Below, in pieces: positions 28,492-37,621 of a stretch of 64,000 bases of DNA. Location: assembly GCA_965116925.1 (NCBI GenBank), contig OZ220744.1, positions 3,584,001 to 3,648,000 of the forward strand. The letters run 5' to 3'. The position numbers and the translations under genes are program-made. The notes under the pieces were generated by a model, which saw only the letters and a list, made by a program, of their open reading frames with translations, ran no database searches and was not told the origin of the DNA. The DNA is from Candidatus Poribacteria bacterium. Its GTDB lineage: Bacteria; Poribacteria; WGA-4E; PCPOR2b. The stretch's first letter is position 1, and every line of letters starts with the position of its first letter.

Positions 28492-28500
28492 AGAATCGGT

Positions 28501-28532
28501 GAGAGGACACTGTTATTTTGTAGTGTCCTTTC
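28501..28532 (+). terminator. Stem-loop right after the GG-leader gene (terminator or mRNA-stabilising hairpin)
   Basis: GAGAGGACACT...AGTGTCCTTTC. Confidence 0.5.
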
Positions 28533-28702
28533 ATATCTGTTTCGCTAGAGTTACTACAGTTTAGCGAAGAACAGACAGCGAGGAACAGCGTACGAGAATT
28601 GGATGTCGACGACTGGTTCTCATTTACTCTCAAGTTTCTGTAGTGGCGAGGTGCACCCTCGCCACTATACCAGTTTACAGTACGTTAAAAGGAATTAAGA
28701 AG

Positions 28703-29611
28703 ATGTTAATAATAAGCAGACGACAATGGTTGACGGCATTTCTGCTTCTGGGAACCGTATTTATATTTCAACGGGATGTCTCTGCTAATACAGAGGGCCT
28801 CGCCGTTGTGCTCGAAGGGGTCAAGTACCACGACCAGCTTATAAAGTCATGCCGTGTCTCTTTTATGAGTCAAGCATTTACCAGCAAGGAGGCTAATATC
28901 GCGGGTACAGAGAGCATAAATCAAGCAGCTGGAGGCGAATGCTTCTTCGCTGATGGGATGCTTGCTTTGATTCAGATTACTCCACACACCCAGTTTGATC
29001 CCAAGATGACACTCAAGCAGATCTATGACAAAGAACGAATTATGGAGGTTTATATTCACGAACCCCAAGATGAAGCGGCTTGGCACAAAGTGTTCTATTA
29101 TCCTGAGCACAGATTTGACCAAGTAGTTGACCAATACTACTCTCCCCTGTTTTGGACGGAGGTAGAAGGGTTGCCACTTGATGAGATTGTTAGTCTTTAT
29201 GTCAAAGCACCCGATGACAGCGTTCAGTCAAGAGGTTATGAGATGATACAGGAGGAACAGTGTTTTCGCGTCTCCCTGATTGGACCTTTATCTGATATAG
29301 ATGTGGTTGTCAATCTTGATAGAGGTTATCGCATACAAGAGATTCATATAACGTACAAAAGTGCTACAACTATAGAAAACCACACCCTCATAAAGGTGCA
29401 AAAGGTTGAGTGGGAACACTATAAAGACGACATCTGGTATCCAACTTCTACGTATAGCGAAACCTATGATCTCCACAACCAGACAGAGGTAAAGCAGACC
29501 CGTTTTCGAGAACAGATACAGTTCAAGGACTTTGAAGCCAATATCAAAATTCCAGAGGATGTGTTTCTCACGGAGCCGCCTCCCGGAGCAGAGTCAGTAC
29601 ACTATTTTTAA
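28703..29611 (+). CDS. Exported LolA-like (lipoprotein-sorting fold) protein
   Basis: Signal peptide; beta-rich; IWYP...IQFKDFEANIKIPEDVF...PPGA C-terminus typical of LolA-like proteins. Confidence 0.6.
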   Translation: MLIISRRQWLTAFLLLGTVFIFQRDVSANTEGLAVVLEGVKYHDQLIKSCRVSFMSQAFTSKEANIAGTESINQAAGGECFFADGMLALIQITPHTQFDPKMTLKQIYDKERIMEVYIHEPQDEAAWHKVFYYPEHRFDQVVDQYYSPLFWTEVEGLPLDEIVSLYVKAPDDSVQSRGYEMIQEEQCFRVSLIGPLSDIDVVVNLDRGYRIQEIHITYKSATTIENHTLIKVQKVEWEHYKDDIWYPTSTYSETYDLHNQTEVKQTRFREQIQFKDFEANIKIPEDVFLTEPPPGAESVHYF

Positions 29612-29630
29612 CTGTAAGGAGGTTTGACCT

Positions 29631-31070
29631 ATGGCAGCGAAAAATTTGGGAGTGGCTGTTTTTGTCAGTACTTTTCTGATATGTATTATGCTACAGGGAC
29701 AGGATCTTTTTGCCCAACAACCCACCGTGGAAGAACTTCCACAACAAGACGCTGACGATATCTTATGCGGCCCTCGGGCGTTACTCATTTTATGCCGAAT
29801 GTATGGTATTGACGCAGAATTAGAGGAGTTGGCGCAACTGGCGAAGGTAAATGAGCAAGGCACAAACATGTTTAACCTGCTGAAAGCCGCTCAAGCGAAA
29901 GGGTTTTCAGCAGTAGGACGGATTCTCAAGTACACCGAGTTACTCGCGCTTAAGAAGCCGGTTATCGCCTTTGTCAACAACAACCATTTCTCTGTGTTGG
30001 AAGCAATAGACAAGCACACTGCGAGAATATCGGATGAAATGACTAACCCTCTGGTCATATCAAGGGAAGAGGTATCCGAGATGTGGCAAGGGCACTGTCT
30101 CGTCGTATCGAAATCTCAACCTATTAAAAAGAACGCCGTGCCTAACATCGTATTTGACAAAATTGTATACGATTTCGGTACGATGCCTCGTGGGAGTTCC
30201 CTTGAGTATAGTTTCGCTGTAAGCAACAAAGGGAACGTGCCGTTGAAAATTTTTCAGGTTATGGGGGCATGTGATTGCACCGTGAGTGCTCCGGGCAAAA
30301 AGGTTCTCCAACCGGAAGAGGTAACCTCCATCCATGTCAAGGCGAATCTTCGAGAAAAAGGGCGTATTAATCGGTCTTTCGTCGTGATTTCAAACGACCC
30401 CTATACGAAGGCGTATCCACTTACTATCACAGGTAACGTGGTGGATGCGTTGGAGGTCACACCGAGTAATATTTTCTTACGGCGTATTGGTGTGAAAGAT
30501 TCTGTTCATCGTACCATCAAGTTTAAAGCACCTAAGAACAAACCGCTTAAAATCGAACGAATTACAGTCCCAGATGGGGTCAAAATCCAAGAATTTCCTG
30601 GGGCTACTCCTGATAGCGTAATACTTGAAGCAACCGTTGGTCCCAATTTGCCCCCGGGTCAGTTTTCGGAGCGTATAGAGATTGAATTGAACAACGTCTA
30701 TGCCACAGAAGGGGCGGCTGCTTCTCCAATTACCATTGAAATCCCTATAGAGGGTATCGTTGAGGGGGATCTGTCCGTCTTTCCTGAACGTTTCTTCTTG
30801 GGATTCATACCATCCGGCGAAGAAAAGTCTTGTACAGTCGAACTAAAGAACTCAGAGGAGATACCAATTCAATTCTCCCGAGCACAGGTGAAAGGTGATT
30901 CCGTCAAGGTGATTGTAGAGCCGACAAAGCCGGGATATACGTATAAGATAACAGCAACAGCACAGGCAGATGTACCCCAAGGCCAATTGAGAGATACCGT
31001 TCGTATCTACATTGAGGAACAAGGGACAGAAAAAGTAGTGGAAATTCCACTCTTCGGAGTTGTACAATGA
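29631..31070 (+). CDS. Exported C39-family cysteine peptidase fused to DUF1573/Ig-like domains (no ABC transporter)
   Basis: Signal peptide; LCGPRAL (Cys), GTNMFNLLKAAQAKGF, PVIAFVNNNHFSV (His), ISD (Asp); YDFG...VSNKGNVPLKI...ACDCT plus two further Ig-like repeats. Confidence 0.85.
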   Translation: MAAKNLGVAVFVSTFLICIMLQGQDLFAQQPTVEELPQQDADDILCGPRALLILCRMYGIDAELEELAQLAKVNEQGTNMFNLLKAAQAKGFSAVGRILKYTELLALKKPVIAFVNNNHFSVLEAIDKHTARISDEMTNPLVISREEVSEMWQGHCLVVSKSQPIKKNAVPNIVFDKIVYDFGTMPRGSSLEYSFAVSNKGNVPLKIFQVMGACDCTVSAPGKKVLQPEEVTSIHVKANLREKGRINRSFVVISNDPYTKAYPLTITGNVVDALEVTPSNIFLRRIGVKDSVHRTIKFKAPKNKPLKIERITVPDGVKIQEFPGATPDSVILEATVGPNLPPGQFSERIEIELNNVYATEGAAASPITIEIPIEGIVEGDLSVFPERFFLGFIPSGEEKSCTVELKNSEEIPIQFSRAQVKGDSVKVIVEPTKPGYTYKITATAQADVPQGQLRDTVRIYIEEQGTEKVVEIPLFGVVQ

Positions 31071-32392
31071 GAAGGCTATGGGGTTGGTTTCTGATGGTCG
31101 TGGGTATATTTCTCTTTTTTGTCTTCTTGTGGGCAAGGGGCGGGATTGCGAAACCTCAGGTGGACAATCTGCCTGAGAAATTAAGGCTACATATTGCTTA
31201 TATGGCAGGGCATGAGGGTTATATTTTTCCAAAACCGCTTAACGATTTAGGGGGATTGATGCGTTGTGCAAGCATATTGGGTAAACTCCGAATGGTTCAT
31301 GGGGCGCTGCTGCTTGCCAATGGAAACCAGACGGATCGGATAGACGGCATGGCGAGTACCCTTCACGCTTGCTTTCTGAACGCATTGAGGTTTGACGCTA
31401 TAAACGTCGGCCCAGGCACCCTCAAGGTTAAGGCTTACGCCCAAGTTCCTTTGGCAGATACTTTATCTTTTCTCAGCAGTAATCTGCTTCATCAAGGAGA
31501 ACCGGCTTTCCTAACAAAGCGCATCCGGGAAGTTACGTTAGGTGATCGTGTGCTGAAGATTGCGATTGTTGGCGTAACAGCAGCAGCATTCGAGCCTGTT
31601 GCCAAGTCTTATTCTCCTGATATAGTGGTTGTTGATGTTGAGCGTTCATTGACCCAAACACTCAGCGAATTACCATCGGATATATCGTTGACAGTTTTAC
31701 TGGCACACGTCACCGATGAAAATATGGCGTTTCAACTCGCTGAGCAGATAGATGGCATTGATCTGATACTATTTGAAGCCCCCGGTGTCAGTCCCATGTC
31801 AGAGCCCCGAACAGTGAATCACACGCTTATCGCCAACGCTGGACCTAGTGTTTCCCACATACGCCATCTCCGCCTTACTCTTAATCCTGATGAAAGGGGT
31901 ATCCAGAGTTTTGCAAGCACTTTGATTCCTCTATCGGTGAACATACCAGATGCCCCCGCTTTTTTTGAACTCATCGAAGGGTATAGGGAAGTATTTATGT
32001 CGGAGGAAAGTGAGCTGGATAAAAAGAAAAAACATTTGATAGATGCGCATCCCAATACATATGTTGGGAGTGAAGTGTGTGCCCGCTGCCATGCGTATGC
32101 CTATCATGTCTGGAAGCGTACCAAACATGCAACTCCCTTTGAAGCGGAAGGGAGGGGTTGTCTCGATTGTCATGGCACAGGATACGGTTTTGAAGTAGAA
32201 ATGGTAGCAGAGAAGGATATATCAGACAACGTTGGTTGTGAAGCGTGTCACGGTCCAGGAAAACAGCACAGTATGCAACCGGAGGCAGCGGTTTATAAGC
32301 CGCTGCCGGTTACCGTCTGTGATTCGTGCCATACACATTCACAGAGTCCAGACTTCAGTTACTCAACTTACTGGGAGCGGATAAACCATTAG
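31067..32392 (+). CDS. UshA/5'-nucleotidase-like domain fused to a tetraheme cytochrome c (c554-like)
   Basis: GGLMR...FDAINVG...FLSSNL; four CxxCH motifs: CARCH, CLDCH, CEACH, CDSCH. Confidence 0.85.
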   Translation: MRRLWGWFLMVVGIFLFFVFLWARGGIAKPQVDNLPEKLRLHIAYMAGHEGYIFPKPLNDLGGLMRCASILGKLRMVHGALLLANGNQTDRIDGMASTLHACFLNALRFDAINVGPGTLKVKAYAQVPLADTLSFLSSNLLHQGEPAFLTKRIREVTLGDRVLKIAIVGVTAAAFEPVAKSYSPDIVVVDVERSLTQTLSELPSDISLTVLLAHVTDENMAFQLAEQIDGIDLILFEAPGVSPMSEPRTVNHTLIANAGPSVSHIRHLRLTLNPDERGIQSFASTLIPLSVNIPDAPAFFELIEGYREVFMSEESELDKKKKHLIDAHPNTYVGSEVCARCHAYAYHVWKRTKHATPFEAEGRGCLDCHGTGYGFEVEMVAEKDISDNVGCEACHGPGKQHSMQPEAAVYKPLPVTVCDSCHTHSQSPDFSYSTYWERINH

Positions 32393-32413
32393 CCGCATAC
32401 AATGGAGGTCTCA

Positions 32414-33649
32414 ATGAAAAACATACCCTGTACGAGCAGGACTTCACCATATCGGCAAAAGCCAATCCGAAACCACCACTTTCTGTTTTGCGTTATTTTG
32501 TCCCTCGTGGTGCATCTGTTAGTTGTTATGGTGTTTTTCGCGCTGAGAAAGCCCGCTGCCATTCAGGTAGAGGAAGCGTTCACTGTCACCCTTTCCTCCA
32601 TCAAACAACCCGCGTTGAAACGCGAATCAGTATCACACAAACCTCTTAGCTCGATTCGCTCTCCAAAAGTGTTAGCAGATGTTGGGTCTCAGAGAATACC
32701 TCCCCGATTGCGTCAGGATTCTGGACAGCCTGCGATTCGCTCTACCCCTTTACCCTTTCAGTCTTCCTCCGATAACTCCCTACTGACGGCAAGCATGACA
32801 AACGCTGAAGGCTTCGGAGGGATGGGTGGTAATGCCGCCGAAGGAGGATCAGGGGAGGACACCAGCACAAGCATTGAAATTCCCTTTGTATCGGGTGGAG
32901 CAGCAATCAATTCTAAAAATACCCTTTCCAATCATACTGGTGCCCTTCAATCTCCGGCGGATAAGGAGAAATCGACGCGATCGATTGCCCTTGCTGACTC
33001 GATTGATTCAAATCGGATTCAACAGCCAAGGTTGGCACGTAACCGTTCAAATCAGGTTGATGTTGTATTTATCATCTCTTGTAGAGAGGAAATGCGCCCC
33101 TACATCAACGATGTTGTTGCATTTGTCAAGCGTGAGATTCAGCAATACCAAGCTTCAACCAAAGATTACCGGGTGGGTATTATCACATCCGACATTGAAT
33201 TCGTTGATGGTCCTCAATATATCAGATACTTTCCGTTGAACGATCATCTCAATAAAGCCATTCAGGTCATAAACAACATTCCGCTTCAGCCATTCCGCAC
33301 CGATATTCAACTGAATGCAATTCAGTACGCACTTAAGCGGTGTGTGTTTCGTCCAGATGCCCAGCGTCGACTTATCGTCTTTGGTAACGATATTCCGATA
33401 TGCGGCGGCTATTCTCCTCTATCCGTTATTGAGTGGTGCCGTGCACTTGGGGTTGTTCTCGATATCCACGGTGCGGATACAGAGGTAGCCCCCCTTCTAG
33501 CATCGCGGACGGGAGGAAAATGGGTTCATGCTTTTGAGAACCAATATGACATGGAAACACTCAAGGAGCCAACTTGGGGAAACGCCTATTGGAAACTCCA
33601 AATTACCTTGAACGATGTGGTTGAACAGCGGATTCATGTACCAGAATAA
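32414..33649 (+). CDS. TonB-like anchor plus vWA domain protein, copy 2
   Basis: Close paralog of 25406-26638. Confidence 0.8.
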   Translation: MKNIPCTSRTSPYRQKPIRNHHFLFCVILSLVVHLLVVMVFFALRKPAAIQVEEAFTVTLSSIKQPALKRESVSHKPLSSIRSPKVLADVGSQRIPPRLRQDSGQPAIRSTPLPFQSSSDNSLLTASMTNAEGFGGMGGNAAEGGSGEDTSTSIEIPFVSGGAAINSKNTLSNHTGALQSPADKEKSTRSIALADSIDSNRIQQPRLARNRSNQVDVVFIISCREEMRPYINDVVAFVKREIQQYQASTKDYRVGIITSDIEFVDGPQYIRYFPLNDHLNKAIQVINNIPLQPFRTDIQLNAIQYALKRCVFRPDAQRRLIVFGNDIPICGGYSPLSVIEWCRALGVVLDIHGADTEVAPLLASRTGGKWVHAFENQYDMETLKEPTWGNAYWKLQITLNDVVEQRIHVPE

Positions 33650-33666
33650 GCAAGGAGGCAAGTCCA

Positions 33667-34959
33667 ATGAAATGCAAATCTTCCCCGTTTTTAATGTTTT
33701 TCCTTGTGTTCATCGGTTGTAGTCCGTCTATGCTTAAGGTTGAACGCGCGATTGCGCCGGGGACTTTGACCGTGATTCAGCTGTCCGACAACGGTGCTAT
33801 AGAACAGACCCTTGACCAGTTGCCACTTAATGAAACGATTGCGGGACCTTCTGACATCGTTGTTCGAGACGGGCGCGTCTATATTGCCAGTTACAAACAG
33901 TTATCAATAGCAGAAAGCGGGGATAACGGCAAGCTGCGTCTGCTATCCTCGCTTCCACTTCCCGGTTACAATGCAGCCCTTGCCCTCCATTCAACCGCTG
34001 CGATCGCCTACATCACTAATACAGAAGGCTTACTGGTCATGGATGTCGGTGACCCAACCCGGCCGACACTAGTCACACATCTGAGGTTGGCAGACGAACT
34101 AGCTAAACTCAACCTTCCAAACCCACTCAAAGACCCGGTTGGAACCGATATCGGATGTGAGGACAATAAACTGGTCTTGACATTGCAAGGGGAGAGTGAT
34201 AGCCTAAGTACACTCCGTGCTAGTATTCCAAGCCGTGCGGGTATCACTGTGGTCTTCAACGTGGGAAAACCCCACTCACCCCAGATTGAACGAATTTTGG
34301 ATCCCTTACCCGGTGCAGCTGCTGTAGCAATGGGGCTTTACCGTTATCAGACCTTCGTTGCCGGTGATGAGATGGTAGAGTATCAAGACTTTAAGCGAGA
34401 ACCAACCCCTGGGACGGGTCTCTGGTTCAAGACCGTCGAGCATCCCGGCGGACAGCGAACCACGGGGGATATTCCGGGGAATGTTGTTGAGATGAAATTT
34501 GTGATGGGTTCTCGCGAAGATTGGGAAGCCGGGAGGACAACTGATATTGCCAAGCAGTATCGGAGTGCTAACCCTCAAGAACGCCGTGAACTTGAGGTGC
34601 TTACACCGTTGGATCAGGGTGTTGTCTTTATAGCTACAGAACATGCCGTGGTTTCAATGCCCACATCACTGAAGTGGCTGATATGGAGACTCGATAATAA
34701 CCGGACAGCTTCCGATCGCTTTGCTCACCTCTATGGGATAGATGCCTATGGATATTTCGCCGTGTACGTGGCAGCGGGAACCGAAGGCGTCCATGTATTG
34801 AAATGGGACGGCACAATCGAATTTAGGAAGCGGGATCATCTCAAAACCCTTCCGGCTCCCGCCTTGGACGTTGCAGTTTCGGGGGATAAGCTCTATGTGT
34901 TATGCGGCGAACTAGGCCTACGGAATGTGCAACACAATGAGGACTTAATCGCGAATTAG
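33667..34959 (+). CDS. LVIVD-repeat/beta-propeller lipoprotein, copy 2
   Basis: Close paralog of 26656-27936; lipobox FIGC. Confidence 0.8.
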   Translation: MKCKSSPFLMFFLVFIGCSPSMLKVERAIAPGTLTVIQLSDNGAIEQTLDQLPLNETIAGPSDIVVRDGRVYIASYKQLSIAESGDNGKLRLLSSLPLPGYNAALALHSTAAIAYITNTEGLLVMDVGDPTRPTLVTHLRLADELAKLNLPNPLKDPVGTDIGCEDNKLVLTLQGESDSLSTLRASIPSRAGITVVFNVGKPHSPQIERILDPLPGAAAVAMGLYRYQTFVAGDEMVEYQDFKREPTPGTGLWFKTVEHPGGQRTTGDIPGNVVEMKFVMGSREDWEAGRTTDIAKQYRSANPQERRELEVLTPLDQGVVFIATEHAVVSMPTSLKWLIWRLDNNRTASDRFAHLYGIDAYGYFAVYVAAGTEGVHVLKWDGTIEFRKRDHLKTLPAPALDVAVSGDKLYVLCGELGLRNVQHNEDLIAN

Positions 34960-35112
34960 AAGAAATAACCAATATTTGCTTGATTAATCAGTCAACCTGT
35001 AGGTGCTCTAAATTGCTTGCGTTATTAACAGGCAACCTCCGCCGGTTGTGGACAGAAACTCTCCAGTGGCGGTCAATGCCCTCCGCTAACTACCGATTTC
35101 TCAACAAATATC

Positions 35113-35508
35113 CTACGCGGAATCGGATCGGATTAGATGCCCACGCCGCTCGCTGCCTTCAAGGACACTACAAAACTGAAAATAGATCAGTTCGTGATCC
35201 GCCCACAGTGTATGCTCCACACCCCGCACACACGCCACCATATCCCCCGGCTCAAGCTGCACCGTCTTCGTGATCCCCGTTGGGAGGCGCAGCGTCACCT
35301 TGGGAGTCCCCGCCGTGAAGAGCCAATATTCATCGTAATCGTGGTAGTGAAGCTCGACATCTGCGTTTGCGGGCAGACGGTATTCGTGAAGACTCTCTGA
35401 ATTGACAGGGTTCAGCAACTCCGCCAATAACCCGGTAATCCTCTCACCTTTCCCGATATGTACCACACAAAGTAAAGGATCGTCTATCCGTTCAGCGATC
35501 AATGACAT
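35113..35508 (-). CDS. Cupin domain protein
   Basis: LHYHDYDEYWLFTAG...LEPGDMVACVRGVEH; RBS GGAGG. Confidence 0.85.
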   Translation of the reverse strand: MSLIAERIDDPLLCVVHIGKGERITGLLAELLNPVNSESLHEYRLPANADVELHYHDYDEYWLFTAGTPKVTLRLPTGITKTVQLEPGDMVACVRGVEHTLWADHELIYFQFCSVLEGSERRGHLIRSDSA

Positions 35509-35557
35509 AGGGGGACCTCCTTTGGTCATTAGGGATAACAGGCTATCCCGTCTTAAT

Positions 35558-35645
35558 CGCTCATGTTAATATTTAGTGCAAAGAAACCGAGTTTTCAAGA
35601 AAAAACTCGGTTTCTCTTCATGCTCTACACTTTTTTACATGAACC
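35558..35645. repeat. GGYTCAT-family MITE copy (inverted orientation)
   Basis: AGAAACCGAG...CTCGGTTTCT core; ends GCTCATG / CATGAACC. Confidence 0.65.
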
Positions 35646-35656
35646 TCTCGTTTTAG

Positions 35657-36940
35657 TTATCGCCAGCGGTCGCGTACCGGCTGTTTTTGTGCCCTTGAGA
35701 ACAGATCCCGCCAGTCGTTAGATCCATCGTTTTCGCGGAGCTCCAAGCGCACACCCTCTACATAGGCGGGACCGTTGCCTGCGTTGAAGTATCCAAGCCC
35801 CTGATCTACCATGTGGACGCAGCTGCCGTCTGGATAGACGACCGTCTTGATAACGTCCGGCATTGAGTGAATCGGTTCTCCGCGTTTCTCAAAGCCGTCC
35901 AACCGCTCTTGAGACACCCGATATTTTTCGACAGCATCCTCATCTAACTCAACACCGAGTCCAGGTCCATCGGGGACTTGCTGATACCCGCCCACCACCT
36001 CGATCGGCTTTTTGAGGAGATGATCGCTGTAGATGTTGATACAGCTAATCGTGGGCCAAGTCGCGTGGGTGAGGACCGCGCCCAAGTGGGCAGCCCACGT
36101 CGTCGTTAAGCCGTTGCCTACCAACTGTAACCAGAAGGGCATCTGTGCTTCTGCGCTCAAGGCACCTTGCCGCACAACCTCGGATTTCCCGCCGCCGATA
36201 ACATAACCATCACACACCCGCTCACGGACGCTAGTGATGTAAGGTGGGCTCCCGAAGTGCATAGCGATCGGTCGGTTGACCGATTGGCGGATCTGTTTAT
36301 TGCCCAATACGTCGTCTTGTGGTATGGGGGTTTCAAACATAGCGACGTTAGAGCATTGCTCCAGTTTCTTCATGACTGGAATCGCAGCGGACGCGTTCTG
36401 GAGCGAACCGTTCGGATCGAGGTCTAACTTGAAATGCGGCGGCACACTCTCGGAGACTGCTTCAACTTGGGCGACGATATCCCACCACGGGCGCGGCTTA
36501 TTCTTGAGACTGGTGTAGCCGTTTGCCACAGCGTCCATTGCTTCGCCTGCCCAATCTTCGGGGGAGGAATCAACACACCACCAAGAGATCGGCGTCCAAT
36601 CTCGCACCTTTGTGCCAATCAGTTGATGGACCGGCACCTCAAGGATCTTACCGACGACATCAAAGAGTGCCATCTGCAACCCGGCACCGAGCGAATCCTC
36701 GTTCATCAGTTCGGCGGGGCGTTGCCCGAGGACCCTTGCTACGGTCTGGTCGGTTACTCTGCCGTAAGTGTAGCGGATAACGGTCTCACCCCAACCGACG
36801 TGCCCGGTGTCCGTTGTAACCTTGCATAGTTCCAACACAGACCAGTTGTAAACCGACGAAATACTGGTACGGGTAATCTTTTGCTGCCGCGGGGTAAACG
36901 GTACATCAACGACAATGCGTTCGATATTTGTGACTTTCAT
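35657..36940 (-). CDS. Mandelate racemase/muconate lactonizing enzyme family protein
   Basis: GHVGWGE, LQMALFDVVGK, KNK, LDLDPN, FETP, PDGPGLGVELDE. Confidence 0.9.
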   Translation of the reverse strand: MKVTNIERIVVDVPFTPRQQKITRTSISSVYNWSVLELCKVTTDTGHVGWGETVIRYTYGRVTDQTVARVLGQRPAELMNEDSLGAGLQMALFDVVGKILEVPVHQLIGTKVRDWTPISWWCVDSSPEDWAGEAMDAVANGYTSLKNKPRPWWDIVAQVEAVSESVPPHFKLDLDPNGSLQNASAAIPVMKKLEQCSNVAMFETPIPQDDVLGNKQIRQSVNRPIAMHFGSPPYITSVRERVCDGYVIGGGKSEVVRQGALSAEAQMPFWLQLVGNGLTTTWAAHLGAVLTHATWPTISCINIYSDHLLKKPIEVVGGYQQVPDGPGLGVELDEDAVEKYRVSQERLDGFEKRGEPIHSMPDVIKTVVYPDGSCVHMVDQGLGYFNAGNGPAYVEGVRLELRENDGSNDWRDLFSRAQKQPVRDRWR

Positions 36941-36954
36941 TGGATTTTCCTTTC

Positions 36955-37600
36955 TATAGGACCTTAGAATTACCTAAGTTGCTAGTTGCGTTACGATACC
37001 ACATACATGTCGCCCCGCTGGGGCTTTAAGGCTGGTTTTATCCTGTTTTCTATACACATGTCGCCCCGCTGGGGCTATGAGTCGGGCAAGATGCCCGACC
37101 TACGGATATTGGGAGTCGACTTTTACTGCGTCACATACAACTAGCAACTCGCGTTAGAATTAATGAAATACTCCAAACCGGTGCGGTCCGATAAATCGAG
37201 ACCAGGGTTGCAAACCACACCTACCGGGTAGGATTGAATGCGGTGCGGTTAAAAACCGCACCTACCGGGGGGTGAAAGTGTCTATTTATTTAGGAGTTAT
37301 GCACTTCAGTAGGGAACGCAGATCTGCGTTCCCTACGAACTCCTTGAGGGTGTTTCGGCTGTAGTTACCCAATTTATCGGGCATTGGCAACGGTGTCCTG
37401 TAACGATAAATCACCGAGCTGCAAGTCTAAGACTCTCCAAACAGGGCGAGTGAGCGTGCAACTGCGTAAGTCCTATTATTTTTAGAATTCACTATAATTT
37501 GGTTCATGCAAAAAGAAAGTGCAATGCACGAAGAGAAACCGAGTTTTCAAGAAAAAACTCGGTTTCTGTTGCACGATTTTTTAATATGAACCTCTAATTT
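36955..37600. mobile_element. Nested stack of four different MITEs
   Basis: TA-flanked outer element 36957-37494 contains 36972-37154 (TSD TAGAATT) and 37291-37475 (TSD TTATT); adjacent element 37501-37592 has TSD TCTAATTT. Confidence 0.8.
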
Positions 37601-37621
37601 TTGGACGTTGGACGGAAGCGG

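Noticed and set aside
25373..34959. Diversity-generating retroelement TR/VR pair
   Set aside because: The duplication spans two whole genes, differences are not confined to adenines, and no reverse transcriptase is present in the window
36955..37600. Possible CRISPR array (repeated CATGTCGCCCCGCTGGGGCT and AAACCGCACCTACCGG units)
   Set aside because: Only 2-3 copies with irregular spacing and no cas genes; explained by nested MITE/REP elements
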